64,000 nt of DNA from Octopus sinensis (GCF_006345805.1 NC_043001.1:111166001-111230000), one strand, 5' to 3'. Positions 37,360-50,082 are shown, counted from the first letter of the stretch. The notes: generated by a model from the sequence alone, not told the origin. Numbers and translations: made by a program.

Positions 37360-38240
37360 TCACAGTTTTTCTTGTTTCTCTTTGATCTTGTTGTCACCGG
37401 GACATGCTATGCCGATTATCATGCAAGTTCTTTTTTACTCATTTGCTCACCACTACTCTGTCAGGCTCCAGCTGTCTGATCTGATGCTCACACTGAATCA
37501 TTGCATCCCACAAGAATTCGGAGACTTTATTCTCAGTAACTCCTTGTGGAGGGTGGTCATACCACATCTTTACTCTTTGTAGTCCGTACTTTCGACATAG
37601 CTCCAAATGGTCCGTTCTTGCCACATTGTCATACCGCCTTTAGTATTCCCATGGTACTAGTTTTGGGCATTCGCTAACTATATGCCTTACCGTTTCATCC
37701 TCTCACTACATATTCTGTATTTGTCATTCTCTCTTGTGTTGTCAATTCTGCACTTTACTTAGTTCGTTGTTAGCGCTTGCACTTGAGCCCCGTCTGTTTC
37801 TAACGTAAGGGCATGCTTCTGCATCCATAGCAACCAGGCTTCTGTATGTTCCTTGGCGTCTGTATCTCTTGCAAACTAACAATATATCTTTTTCTCTCCA
37901 TGCTATTTCTTTTTTCGTATTCCTTATCTCTAACATTTTCCCTTTCTTTACACAATTAATAGTTTTGATAATGCCCGGCTTCTTCAGATGTTTCAGCAAT
38001 GGTTCCAAAGCATTTTTTACATGCCACACAAACTTGCTTTCTTCTCGTTTAATAACATCCTGACAACTGATCAAACCTATCCCATCATTTCTTCTGTACA
38101 ACCTACAAATGTCACACTCGGGACGGAATTCTCCGAACACTGTTAATATTGACCCCAGCTTCATACTAGGGTGATGTTATCGACCCAGTATTTACTTCTC
38201 AAATTTATTCCACCCAGGCAATTTTGAGTGCAACACCAAT
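37360..38240 (-). pseudogene. Decayed R4/Dong-type LINE 3' fragment (RT thumb and RLE region)
   Basis: RPECDICRLYRRNDGIGLI and LCRKYG...WYDHPPQGVTENKVSEFLWDAMIQCEHQIRQLEPDRVVV align to HPKSDIERLY..GGRGLI and WYRHTPEKVTENEKATILWD..KPDIVV at 54-55 kb. Confidence 0.8.
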
Positions 38241-38351
38241 CTAAGTGTTCAGAAATATTCTTTCTTCAGCTGTTCTTTCATTTCCTTCTCCATATTTCTT
38301 TTGAACTCTACTATGCTAAAGTATTTATAGACTTCTTTTCAATTTGCTTCA

Positions 38352-38380
38352 TATTATTATTGTTGTTGTTATTATTATTA

Positions 38381-38415
<35 letters not shown>

Positions 38416-38507
38416 TATTATTATCATCATCATCATCATCATCATCATTATTATTATTAGTAGTAGTAGTAGTTGTAGTAGTAGAAGTAGTAGTAGTAGT
38501 AGTAGTA

Positions 38508-38539
<32 letters not shown>

Positions 38540-38540
38540 G
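38352..38540. repeat. (TAT)n/(CAT)n/(TAG)n compound microsatellite
   Basis: Direct inspection. Confidence 0.95.
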
Positions 38541-39085
38541 AGTGAGAGAGCAGTGCATGCCATCAAAGTGACACTGGGGTAAAATATACGAAGCCCAGTA
38601 TACCCATCGTGACTGATAAAGATACACTAGACACATGCATCACAACCTTATGTGTGTGACATGGTGATCTCATATCAAGATAAACAGCACATGACCTTGC
38701 AGGTGGGGCCCAGTTAGGATTTATTTCTGGTCGGGTAGCCCATCCAGCTCAAAAGGTCCCTGAATAAGGGCTGTTTAAGGATGTTCATCGGACCACCCTT
38801 GTTTCCAGTGGTGAATTATCCAAACCTCCAAGAATTCCTTTCAACACACGGCTTTGATGCTCCCCCACTACTTCTGCTCGTGATCAGAGATGCATATATC
38901 GTCAGCCACTAAGGGACATGCTCAACTGGTTAAGGTCAAGCAACTGACAAGCAAATCTGTGGTATTGAGCAGAATATTTGCTGTAGCCCATCATTTATAC
39001 CAAGACAAAACAACGTACATGATAACACTTCCAATCAGTTAAAATCAGGAGCCATGAGAGCCACTGCCTGGTACTGCATCAGAGC

Positions 39086-39088
<3 letters not shown>
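38541..39088. mobile_element. Unclassified ~550-bp non-coding interspersed repeat bracketed by (TAA/TAT)n tracts
   Basis: Unique-complexity block between two trinucleotide arrays; a segment recurs in diverged form at 37278-37360. Confidence 0.5.
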
Positions 39089-39118
<30 letters not shown>

Positions 39119-39124
39119 CATCAC

Positions 39125-39184
<60 letters not shown>

Positions 39185-39313
39185 CATTATTGGTGATGGT
39201 GGTGGTGGTGGTAGTGGTAGTATCTGTAGTAGTAGTATTAGTAGTAGTAGTAGTGGTAGTAGTAGTAGTAGTAGTAGTAGTAGCAGTAGTAGCAGCTATA
39301 AAGCAGTAGTAGT

Positions 39314-39357
<44 letters not shown>

Positions 39358-39362
39358 ATGAT
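39089..39362. repeat. (TAT)n/(GGT)n/(AGT)n/(ACT)n compound microsatellite
   Basis: Direct inspection. Confidence 0.95.
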
Positions 39363-40406
39363 AAATATAATAATATTACAAAATGTATATTGTTATCCGT
39401 CTTAGCTTTCCACTGACTTCTCAAATTACTTATAAAGAATAATGTATTGACATGGCATTATATGTAATCTTCTCTATGGCTAGTTTAAGTGGTGTTGGAA
39501 TATTGGCTTTCAAAACACTCTTTATTTTTATTACACAATGAAAAATCAACGCAAACATTCGTTTCAAGTTTCTAGGAAATCTGACACATGGCCCTCTCGG
39601 TCATCACATCATTAAATGAAAAGTTGTAATTGTATCTAATGAAAATCTATAGAGTTCACTACTTTAAAATGGCATTTACTGTTGTTGCAATACAAACATT
39701 ATAAAGCTATAATGCTGACAGCGGTAATGCATAGTTCAATTTCATTTCATAAATTGAAATGCAACGATATTGACTGAAGAAATTTACCCTTGCTGGGATA
39801 TTTGGAAATTACCCGTATAAGAATTACAGCCAATGCATTGTTCTACTGACTGTAATTCGACTGTTGAATTAACTTCACATAATGAAATATTTATAATACT
39901 TCGACTCTTGGCGAGTGCTGAATTGAAGATGTACATTGTAATTAACACGACACTTTGTAAAATTAATTAGTTTAAGCACCATTTAAAAGCTTTTAAATAC
40001 GAGAAGCACAATCAATGAGTGTATAGAAGTTTGAACTTGTTATTGATTTTTACACACATCCTTATATACATAGAATAACATTTCTGCATTATCGTTAAGT
40101 AAATATATACATCGGTGCGTATTCGCGTGAGTTTGTAACGGAAATGTATGTATATATGTCACACATCTCCGCAAGGAAGCGGCCGGGAGATAAATCTCTT
40201 CGTATGAGTGCCATTATATAAATATACATTATTGACATAGGTACTCCTATTTCAAGAATTATTATTAGATTTTAATTAAACATGCAAACTATAGCCATTG
40301 GTGTAACATTTAGAAACAAATACTTTCAATTATAATTACAGGGATAAAAATATATACATCAATAAAGTAGACAGAAACGTATTTCTATTGAAGGTTTGTG
40401 TTTGGA

Positions 40407-40456
<50 letters not shown>

Positions 40457-40569
40457 TAAAATATATATATATATATTAATATCAGGGTAATAAGGATTTA
40501 CGAAATGTTTATTACCAGTGGCCTAGCGTATTGAAGAATTAGTGATTAAACTACATATTATACATATAA

Positions 40570-40666
40570 AATACAGTGTACATTTAAACACATTAAGAGG
40601 TATCCTTCTAGCGTAGTGGAGTCCTATGATGGATACCTCTAAATGTGTTTAAAAGTACACTGTATT
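40570..40666. repeat. 36-bp inverted repeat with a 25-nt spacer
   Basis: aatacagtgtacatttaaacacattaagaggtatcc versus ggatacctctaaatgtgtttaaaagtacactgtatt (2 mismatches). Confidence 0.85.
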
Positions 40667-40677
40667 ACATATATCAT

Positions 40678-41660
40678 CACCCTAACATCACACAACCAAC
40701 CGGGTCTCCAGAGGCTGGTCAGCTCCCTGGCGGATGCCTGCCAAGAGTTCGGCCTTACCATCAGCCTTAAAAAGACAGAGATCATGGGCCAGGACGTCGG
40801 AGGGGTCCCCAGCATCAGTGTCGACGACAACAGCTTGCAGGTGGTGAACGAGTTCACTTACCTGGGATCGACGGTCTCCAGCAGCCTGTCCCTCGAGCCG
40901 GAGCTGAACAGACGGATTGGGAAGGCTGCTGCTACCATGGCAAAGCTCTCCAGGAGAGTGTGGGAAAACAACATGCTCACTATAACCACCAAGATCGCAG
41001 TGTACCGAGCCTGCGTGCTGAGTACCCTACTCTACGGCAGCGAGAGCTGGACAACATACACCCGGCAGGAATGCCGCCTCAGCGGCTTCCACATGCGGTG
41101 TCTTCGACGGATCCTTGGCATCTCCTGGAAGGACCGAGTACCAAACGGAGTCATCCTGGAACAGACTAATATACCAAGCATGTATGCCCTCCTCGTGCGG
41201 AGACGACTGCGCTGGCTCGGACACGTCTGCCGCATGCAGGACGGTCGCATGCCTAAAGACATCCTGTACAGCGAACTCACCACGGGATCCCGACCCAAGG
41301 GACGTCCACAGCTACGATACAGGGACGTGTGCAAGCGCGACCTGAGGACTGCCAACATCTATGTGGACACGTGGGAGGAAACAGCTGCTGACCGCTCTGC
41401 CTGGCGTCGGACGGTGAGGAAAGGCGTTTCCATGGCTGAGGAGAGGAGAGCACAGCTGTGGTTGGACAGGCGGGACAGGAGGAGGACAACTGCAGCAACA
41501 CCCCACACGTACCCATCGATGTTCGTGTGCAGCAACTGTACCAAGGACTGCCACTCTAGAATTGGACTGTTCAGTCACAGCAGACGCTGCACATCATCAA
41601 AGTAGGCCCCACCCTTGGCGCAACCCATTGTCTATCAAGACAGACGGGGAATAAGAAAAG
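40678..41660 (+). mobile_element. RTE-clade LINE, 5'-truncated; uninterrupted 3' RT/C-terminal frame ending at 41605, plus short 3' UTR
   Basis: LTSH..GLQRL, GLTISLKKTEIM, FTYLGST, RIGKAAATM, VYRACVLSTLLYGSESW, LRRILGISWKDRV, RRLRWLGHVCRM, GSRPKGRPQLRYRD, terminal CSNC..HSRIGLFSH..C. Confidence 0.93.
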
Positions 41661-41679
41661 ATATATATATATATATACA

Positions 41680-41800
41680 TAGGCGCAGGAGTGGCTGTGT
41701 GGTAAGTATATTGCTCACCAAACACATGGTTCCGGGTCCAAAGCCTTGTAAGTGGATTTGGAAAATGGAAACTGGAAGAAACCCGTCGTATACATATACA
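41680..41800 (+). mobile_element. SINE family A head with internal deletion
   Basis: taggcgcaggagtggctgtgtggtaag...gggtccaaagccttgtaagtgg. Confidence 0.8.
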
Positions 41801-42406
41801 TATGTGTGTGACAGCATCACGAAAACCACCAGTTTTACGATAGGTACGCAGACGAGTAATGCAATGTGCATTATAGAAAACTAGGCTTACTTTCAGAAGG
41901 AAATAGGAAGATAAATAATCCATATCCCAATATCAATTGATTTCATGCTTTGCATGACAAACACGCTTTGCAATCATCAGTTGGAAATAGCATTGGACAT
42001 CTATTTCTAAGACTCGTGTGCGTTTCTCAACAAAACGTTTGTGGTGACCATTATTGCAAGTGCAATGCGAATTTCAGTAAGCTTACACCAAGGAAGCAAA
42101 TGCAGGTAACACGTTGGTTTTGTACGCAGAAAAGTAAATAATTAATCTATTCATTCTAGAATATTTCCTAAATATTCAATATTTATAAATCAATCTTTGT
42201 ATATATATTTGATATGATAATACGCCACCTCAATTATTTTTCAACAGTTATAGCTAGAAAAATATGTTCATTCTGATATTATCTACTTTAGTATCAAACA
42301 GGTTTCATTTTCATCTACATTGTTTCTCGTATGGATGTTTGTTTTGTCTTCTTTTATTTTAAATAGATTCAGAACGATAGAATCCATCATATTTACGTAC
42401 TCGTTA

Positions 42407-42790
42407 CGCATGGCTCAGTGGTTAGGGCAGCGGACTCGCGGTCGTAGGATCGCGGTTTCGATTGCCAGACCGGGCGTTGTGAGTGTTTATTGAGCGAAAA
42501 CACCTAAAGCTCCATGAGGCTCCGGCAGAGATGGTGGTGATCCCTGCTGTACTCTTTCACCACAACTTTCTCTCACTCTTACTTCCTGTTTCTGTTGTAC
42601 CTGTATTTCAAAGGGCCGGCCTTGTCACTCTCTGTGTCACGCTGAATATCCTCGAGAACTACGTTAAGGGTACGCGTGTCTGTGGAATGCTCAGCCACTT
42701 ACACGTTAATTTCACGAGCAGGCTGTTCCGTTGATCGGATCAACCGGAACCCTCGTCGTCGTAACCGACGGAGTGCTTCCATCCCATCCA
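42407..42790 (+). mobile_element. tRNA-derived SINE family B, tail type 2
   Basis: Head gcatggctcagtggttagggcagcggactcgcggtcg..ggtttcgattgccagaccg; core gagcgaaaacacctaaagctccatgaggctccggcag; tail ...ccctcgtcgtcgtaaccgacggagtgc. Confidence 0.85.
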
Positions 42791-43226
42791 CGCATGTAAT
42801 TCCTGATAATAAACAATTTGTGAAGTTATAATAATGTAGATGTCTACATATTTCTTGCATTATTAAATATTCGCTTCCATGAAGTTATGCAGTTCAGCTG
42901 ATAGAAAATCTCACATCACATATTTAGCATACTTGTATATTCTCATGATTTTAAAAGAGCTGTATTTAATCTTCATTTATATTTATATATTTTATTCTAA
43001 GTTTTACTACTGATATTTTCGCTTTAGTAATTCTACTCACATACAGAATTCCGTCATGGATTTTTCAGGGAGCTACAACGACTTTTCTCATAAATTACAG
43101 CTAGCATTATAGCTAGTAGTGTTAAAAACGTAGATGCTTGCCATGCCTTTGCTGATTTGTGATAACTGAAATTAGAATACGTAAACACATCCTTAATTTG
43201 ATTATTGCAAGCGAGGATGATTACAT

Positions 43227-43490
43227 AAAATAAATAAATAAATAAATGCGCCCTTTTAAAGCCTAGCCAGGCTCATGAGCCCGGTTTCCCGGTTTCAATG
43301 GCGTACGTGTTCCGCAGCTGGATGGGACGCCAGTCCATCGCAGCGTTACCCATTTTCGCCAGCTGAGTGAACTGGAGCAACGTGAAATGAAGTGTTTTGC
43401 TCAAGAACACAACGCGTCACCCGGTCCAGGAAGCGAAACCACAATTTTACAATCATGATGCTGACACCCTAACCTCTAACCCACGCGCTA
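43227..43490 (-). mobile_element. tRNA-derived SINE with a V/CORE-like short core and the family B type-1 tail
   Basis: Minus strand: tRNA-like head, gcgttgtgttcttgagcaaaacacttcatttcacgttgctcc, gtaacgctgcgatggactggcgtcc, then ccgggaaaccgggctcatgagcctggctaggctt..gggcgca(ttta)n. Confidence 0.85.
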
Positions 43491-43556
43491 CCAAAGGAAA
43501 GTTACATATACTCCGAATATCTGGTGCCAATGAATTGTTTGTAGTATTTGTGACAT

Positions 43557-43860
43557 TGTGGAGGCACATTGCCTAGTGGTTAGAGCAGCGAACTCGCGGT
43601 CGAAGCATAGCGGGTTCGAATCTCAGACCGGGTGATGTGTGTGTTTATGAGCGAAATATCTAAGCTCCACGCGGCTCCGGCAGAAGGTAATGGCGAAATT
43701 CTGCTGACTCTTTCGCCACAACTTTCTCTCACTCTTTCCTCCTGCATCTTGCAGCTCACCTGAGACGGACGGGCGTCCTGTCCAGGTGGGGAACCTATAT
43801 GCCAAAGAAACTGGGAAATCGGCCCTAATGAGCCAGGCATGGCTCGAAAAGGAAAAAACT
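43557..43860 (+). mobile_element. SINE family B, tail type 1
   Basis: Collinear with 58822-59140. Confidence 0.85.
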
Positions 43861-44254
43861 TGTGGCATTATTTAGTAACTGGCGCAGGTTGTAAGAGAGA
43901 AAAGTAAAAACGTGTGTTTATATTTTATTGTAAAGTAGCGCCTGGCAGATTTCACTAAGTTATCTATTCTTATTATTCAATGAGTTCGCCAGGAAGGAAT
44001 CTGTACCATACGTATAAATCGAGTTTGACAACAATATAATATTTCATTTGCGTACATAAGCAATATCTGTGCATCCGCAACATAGAAGAGAACTACCTCA
44101 AGGTGAGCACTAAACATATGTACTTCAAAATAACAACTTCCATCAATTGTCCAAATATTGCCTTTAATTCGGTTTGTTTAACATTCATACCTAAATAATA
44201 GTGTAAGTGTTATGTTGTGCAATATGCTAATTTAGAACAGTCAGTTAGTGTCAG

Positions 44255-44630
44255 TGTGGTAGGAACTACATGGTGTTGAGTTCGGTACGCCTGCATTGTC
44301 TATTTATCATGCATCTTCTACTATAGCCTCGGGCCGATCAAAGTCTTGTGAGTGGATTTGTTAGACAGAAACTTCAAGACGCCAATTATATAAGTGTGGG
44401 AGTGTATGTGAGTTTGTGTCTTTCTATCTGTGTTTGTCCCCAACTACAGCTTGACAGTCGGTGTTGGTGTGTTTATGTCCACGTAAATTAGCGGTTCGGC
44501 AAAGGTGGAAGATATAAGTTGCAGACTTTAAAAAATGTACGTGTGTTGATTCATTTTACTAAAAAAAAATGTTCAAGGCGGTGACCCAGCATAACCACAT
44601 TTTAATGATTGAAACACATAGAAAATAAAA
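44255..44630 (+). mobile_element. SINE family A, diverged
   Basis: cttctactatagcctcgggccgatcaaagtcttgtgagtggattt...ggcggtgacccagcat. Confidence 0.75.
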
Positions 44631-44984
44631 CATAACTACCTTATGGCCTGAAAAAAAAACAGAACCAGCTACTGAAAGATGAGTCTCACTTTCAAAAATA
44701 CGATGAATCATTTGCAGGTAAATTGCAATTTAGAACTTGTATTGTCATTCGTAGATTTAAACACACTTTAGAGACACTTTGCAGTTTATCAACCTTTCAA
44801 ATACAATGGCTGCCCCGTAAAAATCATCATCTATTGATATCAGTAAACTACCTTACATAGATACATATTTCACTATTTTTAACCTGGTGATGGAACAAAG
44901 GTTTTGAAGTATTTTCAGAACATCTTCATGATGATGCTGTAACGCATTTGCTTTTTCATCTGGGTATCAGTCGATATAATTAAT

Positions 44985-45602
44985 ACAGTGTGTTTAAAGA
45001 GTCCCTCAGCAATGAATTTTTTGATCCTGCGCATGTGCAACTTGGCTATCTCTGCGTGGGCGGTCGGGTTGTCAGCCATTATTCCTCAGTCATTGTGTAC
45101 CCTTCAGTGAGTCGACATGCTAACCATTGAAGAACGTACGTTTTTAGTTGAATAGGTGTTTCGAGAATAGGTGTTTCACTGAAAGAGAAGTTCAGTGAAA
45201 CTTTTGCAAATATTGTTGTTCCACATCGTTACTCTGTGCAGGATTTGATAAGAAACTTTAGAAACACGTGACCAGTGGAAGATGCAGCAAGATGCGGTAG
45301 GTCTACTGTTCTTTCAAACTAAACTCTTCAATATTTCTGATAAACTGTTGGCAAGTCCGACAATGTCCTTACACACATTGTTACAGGAAACGGAACACAG
45401 CCCAGGAAGTGCTCACACGCCAGTAAAAAAGAAATTAAATTTTATGTATTGAAAATGAAGGACGACACTTTCAACACCTATTATAAAGATTTTTTAAGTC
45501 TTGTAATGTCTAAAATATCCTTTTATAGTATTATACTATCTTATAAATATTTATTTTATAATAAAATACTTATTATGGAGAGATTTTTAAAACACCTTCG
45601 AG
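44985..45602 (+). mobile_element. Tc1/mariner relic with transposase N-terminal HTH remnant
   Basis: From 45117: MLTIEERTFLVE*VFRE / LKEKFSETFANIVVPHRYSVQDLIRNFRNT*PVEDAARCGRSTVL (SGRP-like motif). Degenerate TA-flanked ends. Confidence 0.6.
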
Positions 45603-46896
45603 TAACAAGTCTTCTGGTTATATAATACTTCCTCTAAACATCTGTAGAATACAGAGATGTTTTACACTACCAGCGTATTACACGGTCGCGGATCGCAACA
45701 TCTAATAATCTTCTTCGAGATAGTAGAAAATAGTGTGAAACGAACACATTCATTTTCCCGTCTATTAAAATGACAATTGAAAGTAAATGCATTTAACTGA
45801 ATTATTCTAAAGAATAAATAAGATTTTCAATCCATTGTTCCATTGATAATGAGGGAAAAAAATTATTCATTATTTTGGACCACATCATTTTGTAGATAAT
45901 AATTAGGGCTACTTTTCGAAACTACAATCTGTTCCTTCTCACATACATTGGATGGGGGGAGGGGGTATTTTGTATTTAGCTACAAATCTGTTTCCATGAC
46001 GATGAGAAAATTTGATTTCCTGAAGCACTGAAAAAGCGATTTCTGTAGAACTCATTTTACTTTTTCTCTTCCTGGAATATACTTCGATTCGATACAATAT
46101 TCCCACAAACATTTTAAACATATTTAACATTTTGCAAAAAATATTTACGCATTCACAACTGTAATTACAATGAAAACGAGCCGTTTCTTTATTTGAAGAG
46201 AATTTAAATATACATTTAGCGATAGGTGTGAATAATTCACTTCCTGAAATTCTGAAAAGTGAAAACATTGTGAAAAAAGAATAAAAGATATTTAAGAGCA
46301 GAAAAGCGATGAAAGTTTCAAATGTAATGACTCGAAACCAATTCTCAAAAGGCAATAAACTATATCCAACTATACAAAGTACACACAGTACACATTATAT
46401 AATGTGTTCATTCTGTTTTGTTTTCTGAATATATTTGTAAATGATATTGCACTGAGATTTCTTTATTTCATGTTTTTCTTAATTTCCACATATATAAACT
46501 TAAATAGCCTAATCTGAGTAACCATAATTGTTGGAAAATTTCGTTTTGCCCTCTCGAGGGACATTATCTGAAGTGGATTAGGTCTGTTCAAACGTTAATT
46601 AGAATATGGACGTGTAAGTACTCCCGTTCTAAAGTTTTACTAGTAGAGGGAAAGGTTATAAAAATGTACACAAAAGTGGATGAAATTTATAGTCATAAGT
46701 AGTAATTCGTCGAGAGTTTTGTTGCAAATTATCTTTATTATCTTGACATATTGACATGAAATCATAAGATACTGAAATAATCTTGAGGGAGTTACAATTG
46801 CAAAATATTAATTTTAATATAGACGTGCATAGAAGAATTAAATTCAAGTGTTAAGGTAGACTTAAGTCCATTCGCAAACATTACGCTTTTTGTTAA

Positions 46897-46951
<55 letters not shown>

Positions 46952-46958
46952 ATATCTA

Positions 46959-47042
<84 letters not shown>

Positions 47043-47052
47043 CATATATATA

Positions 47053-47095
<43 letters not shown>

Positions 47096-47164
47096 TTATA
47101 TATATATACATACAGGCATGTGTATATGCAGAGAGACGTACATACATACGTACATATATATATA

Positions 47165-47215
<51 letters not shown>
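46897..47215. repeat. Compound (TATC)n/(TC)n/(TA)n/(TG)n microsatellite
   Basis: Direct inspection. Confidence 0.95.
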
Positions 47216-48298
47216 GACACATATATGCATGCACAAACAACCACACATATAACCGCACACACACACAAACACATGATAAATGAAGAGCAATATTAACATA
47301 ACGTTTACTTTTGAGCGATATATATATATCCAAAAATTGTCTATTCGGTTATTGAGAAATTTTACCTACAGCCCGATGTTTATGATCGTTATACAATACA
47401 GTAAGCTGTATTTTGGTTTATCTATACTCGAGATTACACCGTTTCCCCTCTGCTACTGCCTTGGCCTTGCGTTTGGAACTTTCTCATAAAGTATGTTTCA
47501 TCAGATCACACAAGACTGTTGCCTTCAGACTCTAATTGATGTCACACACTTGCGCTCACAGACCGTCGAGATATCTCTGCCCCCCCTATCATCGAACTTC
47601 CTTTTCTCCTTCCCTACATTTCCACTGTGTTAGTGATCCACTAAACAATCCAACAATATTTCCGATTCGTCCTGTCGAATCCCATTACTTTCCACATGTC
47701 ACTTAACTGCCTTTAGAAACAATCGCAATTTACGCGCCACCATCACACAGAATATTTAGAACATCCTGCCTATATGTCTCTACTTTTGGTTTCCAACGAT
47801 ATCATATTTCTCATATCGAAGTGCATGGTTCTTGCCAAGAATTACTACAGATGCACGAACCGTATTAACGTTTCATAATTGATCTCTATTTATTTAGTTC
47901 AATAAATATATTAGATTCATTCAATAACCAAACTACCATTATCTAACTAGTATTAACATCATTGCATTTTTGCGAGTTAAATATAAACAGTTTCGCTACT
48001 CGGTATCCAGTTACGATGAGTTCTTCCATTCAAGCTTTATAATATGTCGTTTCACGATACCATGTCTTATGAGGGTTATCTTAGGCGTAGCTATAGCTAA
48101 CTGAAAACTATATTACAAGTCTTTATATGTTTGCCAAATCCCCGAGGTGATTTGAAAATTCTTTGTATATTAGACAGTATAATATTCATATCTGTTAATT
48201 TGGGAAGCCTGATTGCCAAGTTTTCTCTTTCTACTTCCTATAAGAAAATGCATATTCCCAAATTTCATTTGGCTGCTGGTGCAGTTTGTACTAAAATA

Positions 48299-48333
<35 letters not shown>

Positions 48334-48391
48334 ACTAAAATATATATATGTACTAACACAGAGACACAGACACAGTCACAGACACACACAA

Positions 48392-48437
<46 letters not shown>

Positions 48438-48532
48438 ATATATATATCCATATATATGTATACACATATATACTGTCAACACACATACACATATATGCAT
48501 ATGTATATATATATTATATATATATATATATA

Positions 48533-49366
48533 TAATTTATATATAGAGGGCGTTATACATACATGCCACACGCTAAGAGGGACAATTAGTCATTTCTACC
48601 AAAAATATTACTAATCCCACCGAATGCAATTTTTCAAAGTAAGACATTTAAAAAATATAGTAATATAGTGGGATTAGTAATATTTTTGGTAGAAATGACT
48701 AATTGTCCCTCTTAGCGTGTGGCATGTATGTATAATGCCCTCTGGCATGTATGCATAATGCCCTCTATATAAATTAATATGTTCAATAAGAAATAATTAT
48801 TTTCGAAATTATTCTCTTATGAGGTTTTCACGCTATCTACCTGACAATTTCTTGTTAAGTTTTCCTTATAAGTAGTTGTCCTTAATTGCTAAATTTTTAT
48901 TCCGAAAAAACTTTTCCTTTCCCGAAATGCAATTCGTAAAAGTATGCCATTTACAGGATGTAATATATGTAAACTCACCCATGTGCTTTGTTGATGTTGA
49001 TCAGTTAGCTGATCGGCTTAAGCGGGGCAGGTTCGTTTATTTATGATACATTCAGGCCTGCTGATGAATACGTAAGTATGAAATCACTGTGATACAGGTC
49101 TATATTTTTTAAATGTCTTACTTTGAAAAATTGCATTCGGTGGGATTAGTAATATTTTTGGTAGAAATGACTAATTGTCCCTCTTAGCGTGTGGTATGTA
49201 TGTATAATGCCCTCTGGCATGTATGTATAATGCCCTCTATATATAAATTAATATGTTCAATAAGAAATAATTATTTTCGAAATTTATTCTCTTATGAGGT
49301 TTTCACGCTATCTACCTGACAATTTCTTGTTAAGTTTTCCTTATTAAGTAGTTGTCCTTAATTGCT
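48533..49366 (+). mobile_element. Non-coding hammerhead-containing element (retrozyme / PLE-pLTR-like): inverted 5' arm plus ~1.5 tandem units of ~472 nt, in (TA)n
   Basis: Direct repeats at 48668-48890 and 49140-49366. 48533-48660 is the reverse complement of 49100-~49250. HHR at 49055-49100. Confidence 0.85.
49055..49100 (+). ncRNA. Type I hammerhead ribozyme, intact
   Basis: ggcctg-CTGATGA-atac gtaa gtat-GAA-atca ctg tgat-A-caggtc. 6-bp stem I (one GU), 4-bp stem II with GNRA loop, 4-bp stem III, AUA triplet; predicted cut 3' of 49094. Confidence 0.9.
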
Positions 49367-49376
49367 ATATATATAA

Positions 49377-49417
<41 letters not shown>

Positions 49418-49600
49418 TACACACACACACAGATACTTGCATACATACATACTTACATACATACATACATACACACAGACATACACATACATACATACAT
49501 ACATACATACATACATACATACATACATACATACATACATACATACATACATACGTACGTACGTACGTACATACATACATACGTACGTACATACAAACAT
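49367..49600. repeat. (TA)n/(CATA)n/(CGTA)n microsatellite
   Basis: Direct inspection. Confidence 0.95.
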
Positions 49601-50002
49601 GTGTAATGAAACAGAATATACTTATGCTGCAATAAGTCTCGGGTTTTCTATTTTGTTATTTGATGCCATATATCTTTCTGTCAAGATATTTTGTCCCATT
49701 ACTTTTTTTTTCACTATAAATTCCATTTCAATGATTTTGGAGAACAAAAAACAGAACAAAAAGAAATAACACTTTGATGATATTCTAATGAGAATACATA
49801 TACAACAGCCAACACTATCGTACTTTCCAATATATGGTGGGTGATTATTTGATATTGTTAACTCTCCTTAGATTACCGATACATTTGAAAGATATTAATA
49901 TTGTAGCATCTAGGGATATCATACAAGATCAAAGGTGTTTCTTTCTCTTTTACATTTTGGCATTTAAAACATATACATATTTATATATATATGAATGGAT
50001 TT

Positions 50003-50082
<80 letters not shown>

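Noticed and set aside
47470-47515. Minus-strand CTGATGA...GAAA spacing
   Set aside because: Stems I and III cannot be formed and there is no NUH site; likely chance
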